NCBI GenBank assembly: GCA_032718475.1
Contig: JAUCBJ010005502.1
Span: forward strand, 1 to 57,538
Source of the DNA: Nemertoderma westbladi
Taxonomy: Eukaryota; Animalia; Xenacoelomorpha
Direction of reading: 5' to 3'
Length of the DNA: 57,538 nucleotides
Below the pieces are notes generated by a model that saw nothing but the letters and a program-made list of their open reading frames with translations, made no database searches and was not told where the DNA came from. Both the position numbers and the translations under genes were made by a program. Below are positions 12,936 to 25,069 of the stretch, piece by piece (positions within the stretch are counted from its first letter, which is position 1; each line of letters starts with the position of its first letter).

Positions 12936-14289
12936 TGGTTGCCACGGCTGCGGGCTGGGGGATTTCAGCCCAAAATCTCAAGCAGCACGAGGTGGACTAC
13001 ATGTCTCTAAGAACGGCGAAGTATTCTCGGCAGTGGCTTTTTCGTATGGGAGGGCTGCAATCATTCACAGCATATTTGCACCTCAAAGGCTCAAAATTTC
13101 AACCCCCTCGGCTGCTTGGGATCCGTCAAGATATTTTTGAAATTTATTTTGCCTTAATTTTATTTGGCAACTTCTGTGGATCAGTAGAACACTAAAATCG
13201 AAAAAGAAGTGAAAAACGCACTGCCCTATTATATAGGCCTACCATACTGCCATATTAACTTAGGGCATATAGGCCTAATACTGTAATACCGGTACTGAAT
13301 GTATTATAGTAATAGGATATATCAATATAAGTAGTACCGGTAGGCTACAGGGCTATAAAAATTATTAACTACAGTTTAAGTACGGTACTTTCCTTTCTGA
13401 CCATGATACTGTAATATGTCTAATAAGCTAAGCTTTGATTTATTATATACGGTACTGGCTTTTTATATTATTTTATCAGTTTTTTTTTTAATTTCATACA
13501 TTACAGCAGTACCAGTCTTCCAGTATCAGATATTTTTGAAGTTATTTAATTTCCCTTGAAATTATTATAGGCCTTGGGCCTAATGGAAAATTTTACTTCC
13601 ATTTTAATTTAGGCCTAACGCCACCGCGGTAGCTAACAGGTTTTAGTTGCCCATTTTTTTATTCAATCAGGTTACACTGTTACAGGCTTAACAGGTACCA
13701 GGTTTAATTAATAGGCTGCTTCATTTATTCAAATAAACTGATGATTAATAAGATTTTATTTGGAATAACATTTCGACATTTTCACAATGAATGTTGTAAT
13801 AGCAGGGACAAGTGATCGGTATTCAGATTACTTCAGTACTTAAAGGCCTATATAACAACATAGGGTTATGTATACTGCAGTACTGGTATAGGCCTACCTA
13901 TACTTACAGTACTAGGCTCCTATGCCAGTACCGGTACCTAAATTAATAAATTAAATGTTCAGATATTACTATGCATGTAGGCTATACAGCTATGTATATA
14001 ACCTGATAACTAAGTATGCCTACCTAATTCACAGTATGCCTACACTAAGTATGCCTACCACTTAATATAGGTGCCTATTTTTATTTAAATATTATATTAT
14101 TTAAAAAGATTCACAGGCATATCTAAAATTAGTAACATAAATAGGCCTACAGTATGCACGGAAAATATAAAATATTAAAACGGAGGCGAAAATATTGTTT
14201 CATTAAAAGGCCTTTCCGTCATGTACTCGATAAAACAATTATTTAATTACTACATAGATCTATTGAATTTACAATATTTTAACAGGTTT

Positions 14290-14800
14290 ACTTTAGCTTT
14301 GAAATGAAAATGTCCTTGCTGGCGGAGTTTACAATGGTAGAAGATAAATTGTTCCAAATTGAAACAACTCTATTACTAAAGCAATATTGACTGATCTGTA
14401 GTCTCGATAATTTAAAATTGTGGCCTCTTGAACCTGGACTACTGTAATTGCACCAGTGAAGAAAGAATCTGAGTCTAAGTCAACACATTTATTGATAATG
14501 CAATAAAGTAAATTTCAAATCAAAAATTAACCTACTGTATGCACTCCCAGCGGCTGCAAGTCCAAAAAATGTAAACGTTCTATATAACTACGTTTATCCA
14601 ATCCACATCGAGCAAATAACCTTCGCGGGAAATAAAGTTGCACCCTCAATAGATCCCAAATTAAAAGGCGACCAAACTGGAGTACAGTATTCTACTATAG
14701 GTCTAACATACAATTTATATGCAGTTAATAACGCCTTTAAATTATTTGTATAAAAACACCTGAATATTAAATTAACAATTTTAAAACATTTTGCAGCTTG
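14290..14800 (-). mobile_element. Decayed 3' end of a CR1/Jockey-group non-LTR retrotransposon ORF2
   Basis: Minus-strand translation AYKLYVRPIVEYCTPVWSP ... SYIERLHFLDL ... RGH ... FSNRVVSIWNNL. Confidence 0.75.
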
Positions 14801-14929
14801 TACTTTACAATGAAGGTCAAATTTTAAATTATCACAAAGATAGTCTCATTAATTTTACAAAATATGTTCAAAAGGCACTAGTGTTGAAATTTTAAGTATA
14901 ATATTCGTAATCTATGATAAAAATGGCAC

Positions 14930-15680
14930 CAGAATCGATTTGCATCAACATCATCAGCATCAATTTGCGCAGTTTCAGGAGAACCTCAATATACCCATCG
15001 CGACCTTTGTCACCATAAACCTTGAAGGCGGATTCAGTTACAAATTTTATTAAACGCTCCACAGCTTGATTGTAGCATGGAAATGGTTCAATGTTCACAA
15101 AAATATCCTCATCGGATGCTAGCCATGCTAAAATTTGAGTACTCGAAATTAGTTTAGTGATAATGGCCTCCAACCGAAGCGTTGCTTGACAATCAATCAG
15201 TTCCCCGTCGCTTTGTGCATATATTCATATTTCAGGGTTTCTGAATTGGTGATTTGGAATGTTTTCTTCACGTGCAAGGATAATTTTCTTCAAGGCAAGC
15301 CACTTTATTGGAAGACAGTTTGCTGTTTCTAGCATATAGTAGTGAGGTGCAAGGTCCCAACATTTTGAATTCTTTTTTATATCAAACCAAACAACAGCAT
15401 AAGAATTGACAATGAAAGTAACCTTTTTTAGGAGTTTCAGTCGATATATAGAGGCACAGAACGTGACTGACAAGGGTCAACCACCTTGCATGGCCCAGCC
15501 TTCCAGGAGATCTCGAATCGAAACTCTTTGGTACAGCCCCAGTCTTCACGGAATTTAAGATTTCCAAAAAGTACAATTGATCACTGCTCAACAAATTTTT
15601 TTCACAATCAATAGGTTCACCAGATATTGTTGCAAAGTTCACAATAGTAACTGGTCTTCCAGACATCCCTTTCCATTTCG
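14930..15680 (-). mobile_element. Decayed DNA transposase, hAT-superfamily (hATm-like) C-terminal half
   Basis: LSSDQLYF...PGRLGHARWLT...LYIST and FPCYNQAVERLIKFVTESAFKVYG..RDGYI in three collinear frameshifted ORFs. Confidence 0.65.
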
Positions 15681-17127
15681 TCTCTTGCTGAACTCTATAG
15701 CTTTCCCACTTTAAGGCTGCAGTAATAGCCTTCTTTATTTGTATCTTGGAGGCAGTTTGGATATTCGCAACAATGATACCTTTGAAGATATATAGAAAAT
15801 CACATGTCGATGTCAGTAAACATTGATTCTGACCAGCAGTTAATCAATAAAATCATATAAATTCTCAGGATGTATCACTAGTTTGTTAACGACTCCTTGT
15901 ATTTCGTCAGAACAGCTGCTAAGGGAAATCATCCACTAAGGAAAAGTATGTTCTAGCATTAACTGTGTGACTTTTCGCTGCAGCAGTGGAACCTGTGGTG
16001 CTAAGCACTAACGATATACCCATTAGCACTGCACTTACTTTCTTGATAAAGCACCCATCTGCGGTGAAACCATCCGACCAGTAGACATGCGATATAAACT
16101 ATGGTTACATATTATTTTATTTGTAGGTTCTTAAATACTGTATGTACCAACAACCGTTTTAATCTTCCATGACCAATTAATAAGTATGTACAACTAGATA
16201 CCAGTAACAGTCATAATCAAAATATTTTATTATTATTAAATCCATTTAGAATAAACTCTGGTATACTAACTATTGATCACATTAACGATGTTGTCTACAA
16301 ACTTTAAGCACTGGTTTGCCCCAGACCAATTCGTTTAAAAGAACTTCCGGAACAAATATGTGACGGATTGTTGTTCTTACTACATCAAACACACCATGCC
16401 CATAGCAGCGAGGTTTAAGAAATTTAAACTGAAATTTCAAAAACTGTTAAGTAATTATTGAATATTACATTACTAAGCTTATTATTTATTTATCACGATG
16501 TAATAAAGGTTTATCTTTCTTATCAGCGATTTCATATACTGTACATTACAATGTCACTTTTCACATTTAATGGTTTCCAACTGTGTAACTGGATGTCGAT
16601 TATGTTTTGATGGAAAGACTGACAAGCATTGATACAAACATGACGTAAATTGGGAAAACTGACATCAAAATTAAAATCCCGACCTAGAAATCACGTGATG
16701 GCGACTATGGTGAAGAGTCAGTCATCTTGAGAGTAAGAAGTTTTTACTGACAGTTTTAAAAATAACTGTTTTTATGTTTAGAAGTTCTGTACCTTTTTAG
16801 CTATTCATGCCAAAGTTCATTGTAGGTAGGTATAGAAACAGTGGCTGGCCATATTTCACATTTGTCTAACGACCTAGATGCTTGGATATGGTTGAACATT
16901 TTTCTCATGGTTTCATCTAGTTGGTATAAGATTTGTCGACAACCCTAGATAATATTTAATCACTCATTCAGAATAATAATTTAAATTTTAAATGATTTTT
17001 AATTTAAATGATACAAAATATTATTTAGTCATACTATAGCTTTTCATAGCGATTAAAACTGATTTAACAAACTACAAGTATGACGTATATTTTGAAACTA
17101 TGCATTGCAATTCAGTTTCGGGAGATA

Positions 17128-19273
17128 CAGTAACGCTTTCAAATAACGTCCTATTGGATCCTAATAGGATCCTAATAGGAACCTAATAGGAAATAAATAA
17201 CCTTTAGGAAATCACTTGGAATTTGCCTAATGCAAGTCTACCTAGAGCGGCTAAATATCAAAGCTTAGAAGTGTCTGTCAATCAACCTCCTGGGATAGCT
17301 GAATGTAGTAAAGAGAGCCGCTTTGTCTAGTGTTTGAGTTGTATTTCCCTTCCCCTGACTTATCTTACAACAACAATACTCCCCATAGGCTAATGTTAAA
17401 TATGCCAAGAACACACTACTGGCTTTAACTCAACATCTGGACACATTAACTACCATACAGTAAAGGTAACGCCGCTTGTGTAAAATAGGCCCGCCAACAC
17501 GTTGAGTGCGCCTCAACAAGTAGTTGGGCTGCTAAAGCGTAATCTGATTGTATTCGGACGTCAAACTTTTAATAATATTATTTAAATTATTGTGCGAACT
17601 TTTTAGATCTGGAAATTTAACCATTTCCATGGTATAATAAATATAATTTATAATTAATATTAATATCAATATGCCAAGAGGTTAACAAACCACTAAACTC
17701 ATACGGGTCTGTAAATTCCTGTAGGATGTTATGTCATTTATTTTTCGTAGTGGTAGCGATACGGATTGTGACATGTTGCGGAATCTGCTTGGAGAGTGTA
17801 ATGTGCTTTGCGGGTGTTATGTTTAAATACGAAACTTGTGTGTTTCAGTAAAATATATCATTCAATATTACAGTTTATCTTCAATATTACAGTTTATCTT
17901 CAATATTACAGTTTATCTATGTCGGGAAGGGAGGGGGGGGGGGGGTGGGTGGGGGGCAAGGTGTGGGGGGCAAGGTGTGGGGGGCTATAGTCCCTAGCCC
18001 TCCTTGGGGACTAATCAATGACTTACTATTGGCCGAAAGGATATTTAACTACACAATGAGATACAGCGTGTTAGGCAGTAAGTGGGCTGCTAATAATTAA
18101 TAGCCCATATTTATTTTTAAGACTATAATAATAATTGAACACCCAATTATCTACCCCTGTACTCCCCTTACAGCAAGCAGTGTTTGTATAGTAAGCAGAA
18201 TGTCAATGTGTAGGTCTATAGGAAATGAACATTTCCCGTGGATAACATACATTTATTTAGTCGCCCAGTTTTAGCCCCTGTCTAATTATTAATTAAACTA
18301 ATAAATGAAAATAAACTAATATTTATTCTATTAATAATTACACAAACATTGTTACTTATCTTTATTACTCAAAATATGTTCAATAGTAATAAATACAGTG
18401 TGTGTTGTGATCCTACATTTATTTGTAAGTTCAATCCGATCTTAAATTATTCCAGAGCCCACCGGCCGACGGACGTTAACTATGTGCGGATGTGTGTGGA
18501 TTTCATCTATTAGAGTTTATATTTTAAATATTATTTACGTCAGAGGCTGGTAATACAAGGTACAGTAGGAGGAGTGTAATCTTCCTATAATGGATTTTCC
18601 CCAACTGGAAGTTCCAAAATAGAAAATTGTTTTTCTTTAATATAACAACGTAAACTCTATATTCAATGTTGTGACAGTGAACTTTACAAAATGGCGCATT
18701 ACACATTATTTCTACTGAGTTCAAACAGATACATGATTTACAACTACAAAGGATACGGAATGTATATTTACTTAGGAACTAATCTAGCAATTTATTATAA
18801 CCAACTGGATAGGGCCCCAAACAAACGTATATTGGATGTCGGATATATTATTGATAGATGAATGTAGTCTCTAACTAAGTTTAACGCACTCTAATTAATT
18901 ATATAAATTTATATATGACACTTCCATCCTATGACATCGATATCCATACCTCAATGTAATGAACTGAACACTACGCAAACTTTATGCTGAGTCTAGTCCA
19001 TTCTATACAACATAATGATTGACAGGATAGAGAATAAGTGGACCAGCACAAGCATAGTCTGAGTCAGTCCACCTTCCAGATATCAAAGTAAGCGCCGATT
19101 TCCAAGTAAATTCCTAATGAAATCCAAGTCAAATCCTAAGTGCCTCCAAGTCTGGAATTTGGGCTAAATTTCATTTCCAATTAAATCCTAACTCCAATAG
19201 TAGTGAATCAGTGACTTGGATCCTAATTGGATCCTATTAGGAACCAATACGACGTTATTTGAAAGCGGTACTG
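17128..19273. mobile_element. Non-autonomous TIR DNA transposon (~2.15 kb) with TA flanks, Tc1/mariner/pogo-type ends
   Basis: TA|cagtaacgctttcaaataacgtcctattggatcctaataggatcc is the near-perfect inverse of ggatcctattaggaaccaatacgacgttatttgaaagcggtactg|TA; no transposase ORF inside. Confidence 0.85.
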
Positions 19274-20984
19274 TATGATTCCTTCCAAGATATATGACTT
19301 TCGAGATTAATATCGTTCATGATTCCTTCCAAGATATATGACTTTCGAGATTAATATCGTTCAGAGCTGTGTATGCTTTACTGGGTAAATTGTATGCTTT
19401 CTGAGATATGCCGGGCAAAGAGTCTGCAGAGATGTGCTACGCCGGTGTCAGGCGTAACCAGCGTAGCATTGGCAATGATAGCGATGCTGCACCAGCAGGC
19501 ATTGAAATATGACCGGCGTCGTGTTGAAAGAGCATTGACGTAGAAAAGGTTTGCATGTAATTTGAGCAAAATCCATTCAAACTGACAGACTGACGTACCA
19601 TATGCCAAAACAGAACTCAATATCGAACAAAATAGAGAGAGACATAACACCCAACTGCTGCAAAATTAGAAACTAAGTAAATTAGAAAGAAATAAGAAAG
19701 TGTCTTGTGGGCTGGGCTTATTTGATTTATTGTTAACTTAAGTTAAGATTGATAATTTTCTATATTTTTAGTTTTGGTGGAGTCAATTTGGTGAACCTTG
19801 TTCTTAAATCTGTAACTAGGAAGTTAAATTGATGTTAAATAGGATGTTAAATTTTTTAAAACAGCAACATGCGTTTACCTGGTCCGTCTGAAACACCCAA
19901 ATCACACAAAATCACAACAAATCACACCAAATCTCACCAAATCACAACCAAATCACACAAAATCACTCAAAAAATTAGAATTTTTATTTTTTTTAATTTT
20001 TTATAGTTTTGGTTCCTTCCGACTAACACAGTCAGACTGTAACCTGCTCCTTTACTTTGCAGTTATTTTAATTTTAGTTATTTAATTATAACCATGAGTT
20101 GTAGGTCAATATCAGCAATGATTTTCTAGTGAAAATTTTTAACTTCCAGTTATGCAAACAACCGCCGGGAATTATTGCATTAATAGTATTTCTGAAATCT
20201 TCGGTATTTTTCTTTTGACATATGAGATGTTGTCTAGACTCTCAAGACCGGCTACCCAAGCCGCGACTTGATTATCTATAGAGGTTCCAGTGCCTTTAAA
20301 CGGGGAGCTAAGGGTCAGTGATGATGCCAGTGGTTGAAGGGGTTGGAGGGTTGGTGTGGTTGATGTCTTCTTCATAGGGGAGTGGAACCCCGGTACAACC
20401 ATGGTGGTCGCCTTCACCTCCTATATTAAAACAATATCATCAAACCATTTGAAATAATATTAAAATCAGCGTAGTGTTTAAACTGGATCAGACTATATAC
20501 TTTTCGTACCGTATTAGTAACTATTGAATAAATTTAATACTTAATTTAATTACATATCTCATGCCATTATCCCATTACGTATCTCATGAGATATTAAATA
20601 ATATTATATAAATTAAAATATTAATTAATGAATAATAAAATATAAATTAATTAATTAATTTATATTAATTATAATAATATAATAATAAATTTAAAATATA
20701 TGGGGAGAAATTAAAGGCAATGAGACTAGCGATATTATATCAATTTAACTAATGATGAAATAACTAACCTTTCCCTGTGGTCCAAGCGGTGCTATTCAGG
20801 GGGTTTTTCAGGGGGAGAAACAAGGTTAACATTATCACTAATAACTTTTGAACTTTGAAAGAAGAGATGCGCCATGGCTAGTCCATTCAAATCATTCGTT
20901 GCAAAACGAAAACTGCTAAAGTTTGGTTAATCTAAATATAATTAGAGTAAATCTAATAATAATAATCGAATAAATCTAAAAAAA

Positions 20985-21113
20985 CTAAACTATAAAGCTA
21001 AAAAATCTAAACTATAAAGCTAAAAAATCTAAACTATAAAGCTAAATAATCTAAACTATAAAGCTAAAAAATCTAAACTATAAAGCTAAAAAATCTAAAC
21101 TATAAAGCTAAAA
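20985..21113. repeat. 22-bp minisatellite (ctaaactataaagctaaaaaat) x ~6
   Basis: Directly visible. Confidence 0.9.
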
Positions 21114-21301
21114 AACACAATAAACAGAAACCAGGAGAAACTCCTCGTACCACAAAACAGTAAAGTCTGTTGTCTGTTTTGTATGTCGCTCATACATAAA
21201 TCTACAAAATCTAAACTATAAATCTAAAAAACTAATCTATAAAGCTAACAAACACAATACAGAAAACATGAGTAACTCTTCGTACCACAAAACAGTTACT
21301 G

Positions 21302-21525
21302 TCACTTACTCCTCTCCTCGGTAACCAAATCCAAATACTGACAGTATTTGTTGCATTTGTGCTGCTTAAGAAAAGTTGCGAGTCCAACAACGCTGCATTT
21401 TCCAGCACAAAAATAAAACCCTTTATCCTCTTCCACCAGTACAATTGTTGAAATCTCAGGATCATATATTTCAGGATATCTGGGGATAATTGGCACCTTG
21501 GATATCAAGGACCATTAACTTCTTC
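21302..21525 (-). pseudogene. Alpha-kinase (eEF2K/TRPM7-type) C-terminal fragment
   Basis: LMVLDIQG, then after a frameshift IYDPEI...FCAG...GLATFLKQHKCNKYCQYL (H-x-C-N-x-x-C zinc site). Confidence 0.75.
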
Positions 21526-22059
21526 TTATAATGGATATATAAATAGTGGGTAAATGACTTAGCTTTTTAACCCTATTAAACCTGGGGGGGGGGGGGATCA
21601 ATATGACACCTCCGTGGTTTTTTTATTATAATTCTGAAACAAACGCAGTAAATAGCTTTAATTTAAATTTCTCCCAAATAGGTTGTTTATGTCCCATATA
21701 GGGTGTTTGTATCCCATATAGGGTGTTTGTGTCCCAAGTAGCGTGTGACTTTCTCAAAATTATTTTACATAGTTTATAAATATAATGGAATACTCAGTAG
21801 AAATTAGAATTCACTATCATAGATTTAATTTAAATTTGTCCCAAATAGGTTGTTTGTGTCCCATATAGGGTGTTTGTGTCCCATATAGGGTGTTTGTGTC
21901 CCGTATAGGGTGTGTATTGCTTATAATGATTTCAAAAGGTTTCTAAATGTAAGGGAATACTAAAAAAATACTATAGTAGCAAAGCTCAGTTTTGATAATC
22001 TTTTCCTGATTGCTTGGGCTTTTTAGACAGAATGCTGTTAAGTTCTTCTGTAGAGGTTA

Positions 22060-22596
22060 CAGGACCTTCCCAACTCTTCACTGCTCTAATAGCCGAAATG
22101 TATAGGCTTTACTTGCCTCTCCTTTCTGGAGCTTATCTTTTAGGTTATGAATGACTATGGCTTGCTGCTTCATGTCCCTCCCTTCCAAGGCTTTTACGAT
22201 TGGATTTGTTGATGTCTTTTTTACTGTGGTAGTATAGATACACCATGTAGCATGACATTATTTCTAATTCCCTTTGCCTTAAATTTGTAGTTATGATATT
22301 TAGCAACAGTAGCAAATTGGTAATTCTGTTATCTCATTTTGAGTAAGTTTAGCCAGTTGTGTTGCCCTAGTTTGACCTTCTCCAAAGTCATACTCTCGGC
22401 TGCACTGTAAGTGTATACTAACTGAGGCTTCTCTACACATTGCAATTAATAACAACCTTTCTATCTCTGAGTCTGGTTCAATAATTGTCAGATTTCTGTA
22501 AGGAACATGAAACTTTTCAAGAGTTTCTAAATTTCCAAACTTTAGATCTTCATAAAGATTGGGACAGATATCCAAAAGATATCTTTGGGCAAACAA
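22060..22596 (-). mobile_element. Decayed transposon-like coding fragment
   Basis: ORF 22596-22300 (LQCSREYDF..RATQL..ELP) continues out of frame into KFKAKGIRNNVML; family assignment is from memory and weak. Confidence 0.3.
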
Positions 22597-23052
22597 TTAA
22601 ACTTTAAACAATATACATCAATCATATGCCTTGACTACCAGTCTAGATATTGAAAATAATGTATTTTTTATCTGAAACACCAACCCAACTAAAATACGGA
22701 AAGTTTCTGCAGAAAGTTTCTGCAGAAAGAACTGCAGTGTGTGCTTAGTTTATTGGGTACCTTACAGCCTTACTGAATGATATTTCTATGACTGATTCCT
22801 TTTTTAGTTATTGTCACTGTGGCATACTGGAACTATACTGGATACTCATAATGATGCTGCCATAATCATCGCCATAGTCATCATAACCATAGTCACCATC
22901 ATCTACTATTAACAATGTGTTGGCAAGCTGTATTTTTCGAGGTGTTAGTTATTATGCATTTATTATAGGAAGGGATCTAGGGGTCTTAACCTCGAGTGAT
23001 ACATTTATTTTACCGAAAATAACTTATCACCGAATTGACAACGGAATCCGAC

Positions 23053-23095
23053 ACCACACTGAAGAGACCCAGTAAGGTCGAAACGCGTATGTGGT
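23053..23095 (+). ncRNA. Minimal type I hammerhead ribozyme, copy 1
   Basis: accaca-CTGAAGA-gacc(cagtaa)ggtc-GAAA-cgcGTA-tgtggt: intact core, 4-bp stem II, 6-bp stem I, palindromic acgcgt stem III. Confidence 0.85.
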
Positions 23096-23377
23096 TTGGA
23101 GAGATATGAGATATTAATTTCAATAAAAATTACGTGATTACTAAGTACGCATGTGATGGGATTAGTCCTACAATTGCGTCAATAAAAGATATGTTATTTT
23201 CGGTAAAATAAACGTATCACTCGAGGTTAAGACCCCTAGATCCCTTTCTATAATAAATGCATAATAACTAACACCTCGAAAAATACAGCTTGCCAACACA
23301 TTGTTACTATCAATAATAAAAATCAGGCGCTAATAAAATGGCAGCTGGCTTTGAAATTAATACTCCATATCTCAAGA

Positions 23378-23436
23378 ACCTGTGGCCTAGTGGTTGTAGT
23401 CTCGGCTTCCACCTCGAGGTCCCAGGTTCGAAACCG
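23378..23436 (+). promoter_or_regulatory. tRNA-derived internal Pol III promoter (A box 23383-23393, B box 23425-23435)
   Basis: TGGCCTAGTGG and GGTTCGAAACC at tRNA spacing; second copy at 23792-23844 (GGTTCGAATCC). Confidence 0.75.
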
Positions 23437-23438
23437 AC

Positions 23439-23481
23439 ACCACACTGAAGAGACCCAGTAAGGTCGAAACGCGTACGTGGT
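23439..23481 (+). ncRNA. Minimal type I hammerhead ribozyme, copy 2
   Basis: Same core as copy 1; one stem I mismatch next to the core. Confidence 0.8.
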
Positions 23482-23847
23482 TTGGAGAGATATGAGATAT
23501 TAATTTCAATAAAAATTACGTGATTCCTAAATTTGTAGACTACCCGGTTAAAAAGTACGCATGTGATGGGATTAGTCCTACAATTGCGTCAATAAAAGAT
23601 AAGTTATTTTCGGTAAAATAATTTATCACTCGAGGTTAAGACCACTAGATCCCTTCCTATAATAAATGCATAATAACTAACACCTCGAAAAATACAGCTT
23701 GCCAACAAATTGTTACTATCAATAATAAAAATCAGGGGCTAATAAAATGGCAGCTGGCTTTGAAATTAATACTCAATATCTCAAGAACCTGTGGCCTAGT
23801 GGTTGTAATCTCATCTTCCACCTCGAGGTCCCAGGTTCGAATCCGAC

Positions 23848-23890
23848 ACTACGCTGCAGAGGCCCAGTAAGGTCGAAACGCCTACGTGGT
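23848..23890 (+). ncRNA. Degenerate hammerhead ribozyme, copy 3 (probably inactive)
   Basis: Core mutated to CTGCAGA and stem III to acgcct; stems I and II still pair. Confidence 0.6.
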
Positions 23891-25069
23891 TTGGAGAGAT
23901 ATGAGATATTAATTTCAATAAAAATTACGCGATTCCTAAATTTGTAAACTACCCGGTTAAAAAGTATGCATGTGATGGGATTAGTCCTACAATTGCATCA
24001 ATAAAAGATAAGTTATTATCGGTAAAATAAACGTATCACTCGAAGTTAAGACCCCTAGATCCCTTCCTATATTGGGTTTAACAACCGCCGTATCGACTGA
24101 CTATATATATTGGCTAATGACAATCTCTGATTTATGAATTCTAAAACTTCTTTATTCTCAAATGATTTATTCTCAAACTGATATATACTATAAATATATA
24201 GATAGATATAGATATAGATATAGCTATAGATATATACTATAATATTACTTAATTGTGACTCTAACAATATTATTTATACATGTGTCATGAATTCAGGCCC
24301 CAGAAGTGCAGTCCCGTTAATTTTATATTTTAAGAAGGAACCAATCTCAGCCCACATGGGAACATGCTTCAGCTGGGAAAATAGTAGTATGGAAAATGTG
24401 CAGAAAAATGCAAACAAAAAAATACGCCAACAACACATTGCGGTGGATGTCGGTGGCATATTTAGTTAAACCGCGGAAAATAGAGTACAGAAAATAATGC
24501 ACTGTTAAAATAATTGGCATACATGTAGTCATACACTGATATAGGCCTAAACTGTACGTGCATAACTATACTAACATCATGTTTATTAGGGAGGGGGGGT
24601 GGGGGGAGGGCTATTGACGCTAATCCAAAATCCCACCTGGTTGAATTAACATTGTTAAATGTCAAATAAGGGAAAGGAACAGGTTATAGTAATCTTACAT
24701 ATAGTAACCTATAGTTACCTATAGTTAACCTATAGTTACCTATAGTAAATCTTACATGTTAAGATTCATTTTTGCTTGAAATCAGCCGTTGTTAACGGTT
24801 TGAATGTCAGTGATCCCCCCACCACCACCAATGTCGCCACCTCGTCCTTTGGAGGTTCTGGGGGCAGTAGTGGCTACTACTCAACTAACCAACTTCCGGC
24901 TACACCCTTGAAGAGGCTGATTGAAAGCCAGGTTGTTGCCTGGGGGGCCGAAGTTAAACGGAAGATACTGAAAGTATCAGAAATACTGTTATCAGAATAA
25001 TATTTTGCTCACCATATGCATCAATGCATGATCATAATTCCTACAGATATTATAAGTAATAATTTCCTC

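Larger units (their letters stand above)
22911..24070 (+). mobile_element. Retrozyme/Penelope-pLTR-like array: ~2.5 tandem units of ~409 bp preceded by a partial inverted copy
   Basis: Unit anchors at 23053, 23439 and 23848; 22911-23028 is the reverse complement of 23188-23305; each unit contains a hammerhead motif. Confidence 0.85.

Noticed and set aside
23378-23440. Functional tRNA-Gly(TCC) gene
   Set aside because: A/B boxes and an anticodon-like loop are present, but there is no proper acceptor stem and it sits inside a mobile repeat; treated as a tRNA-derived promoter
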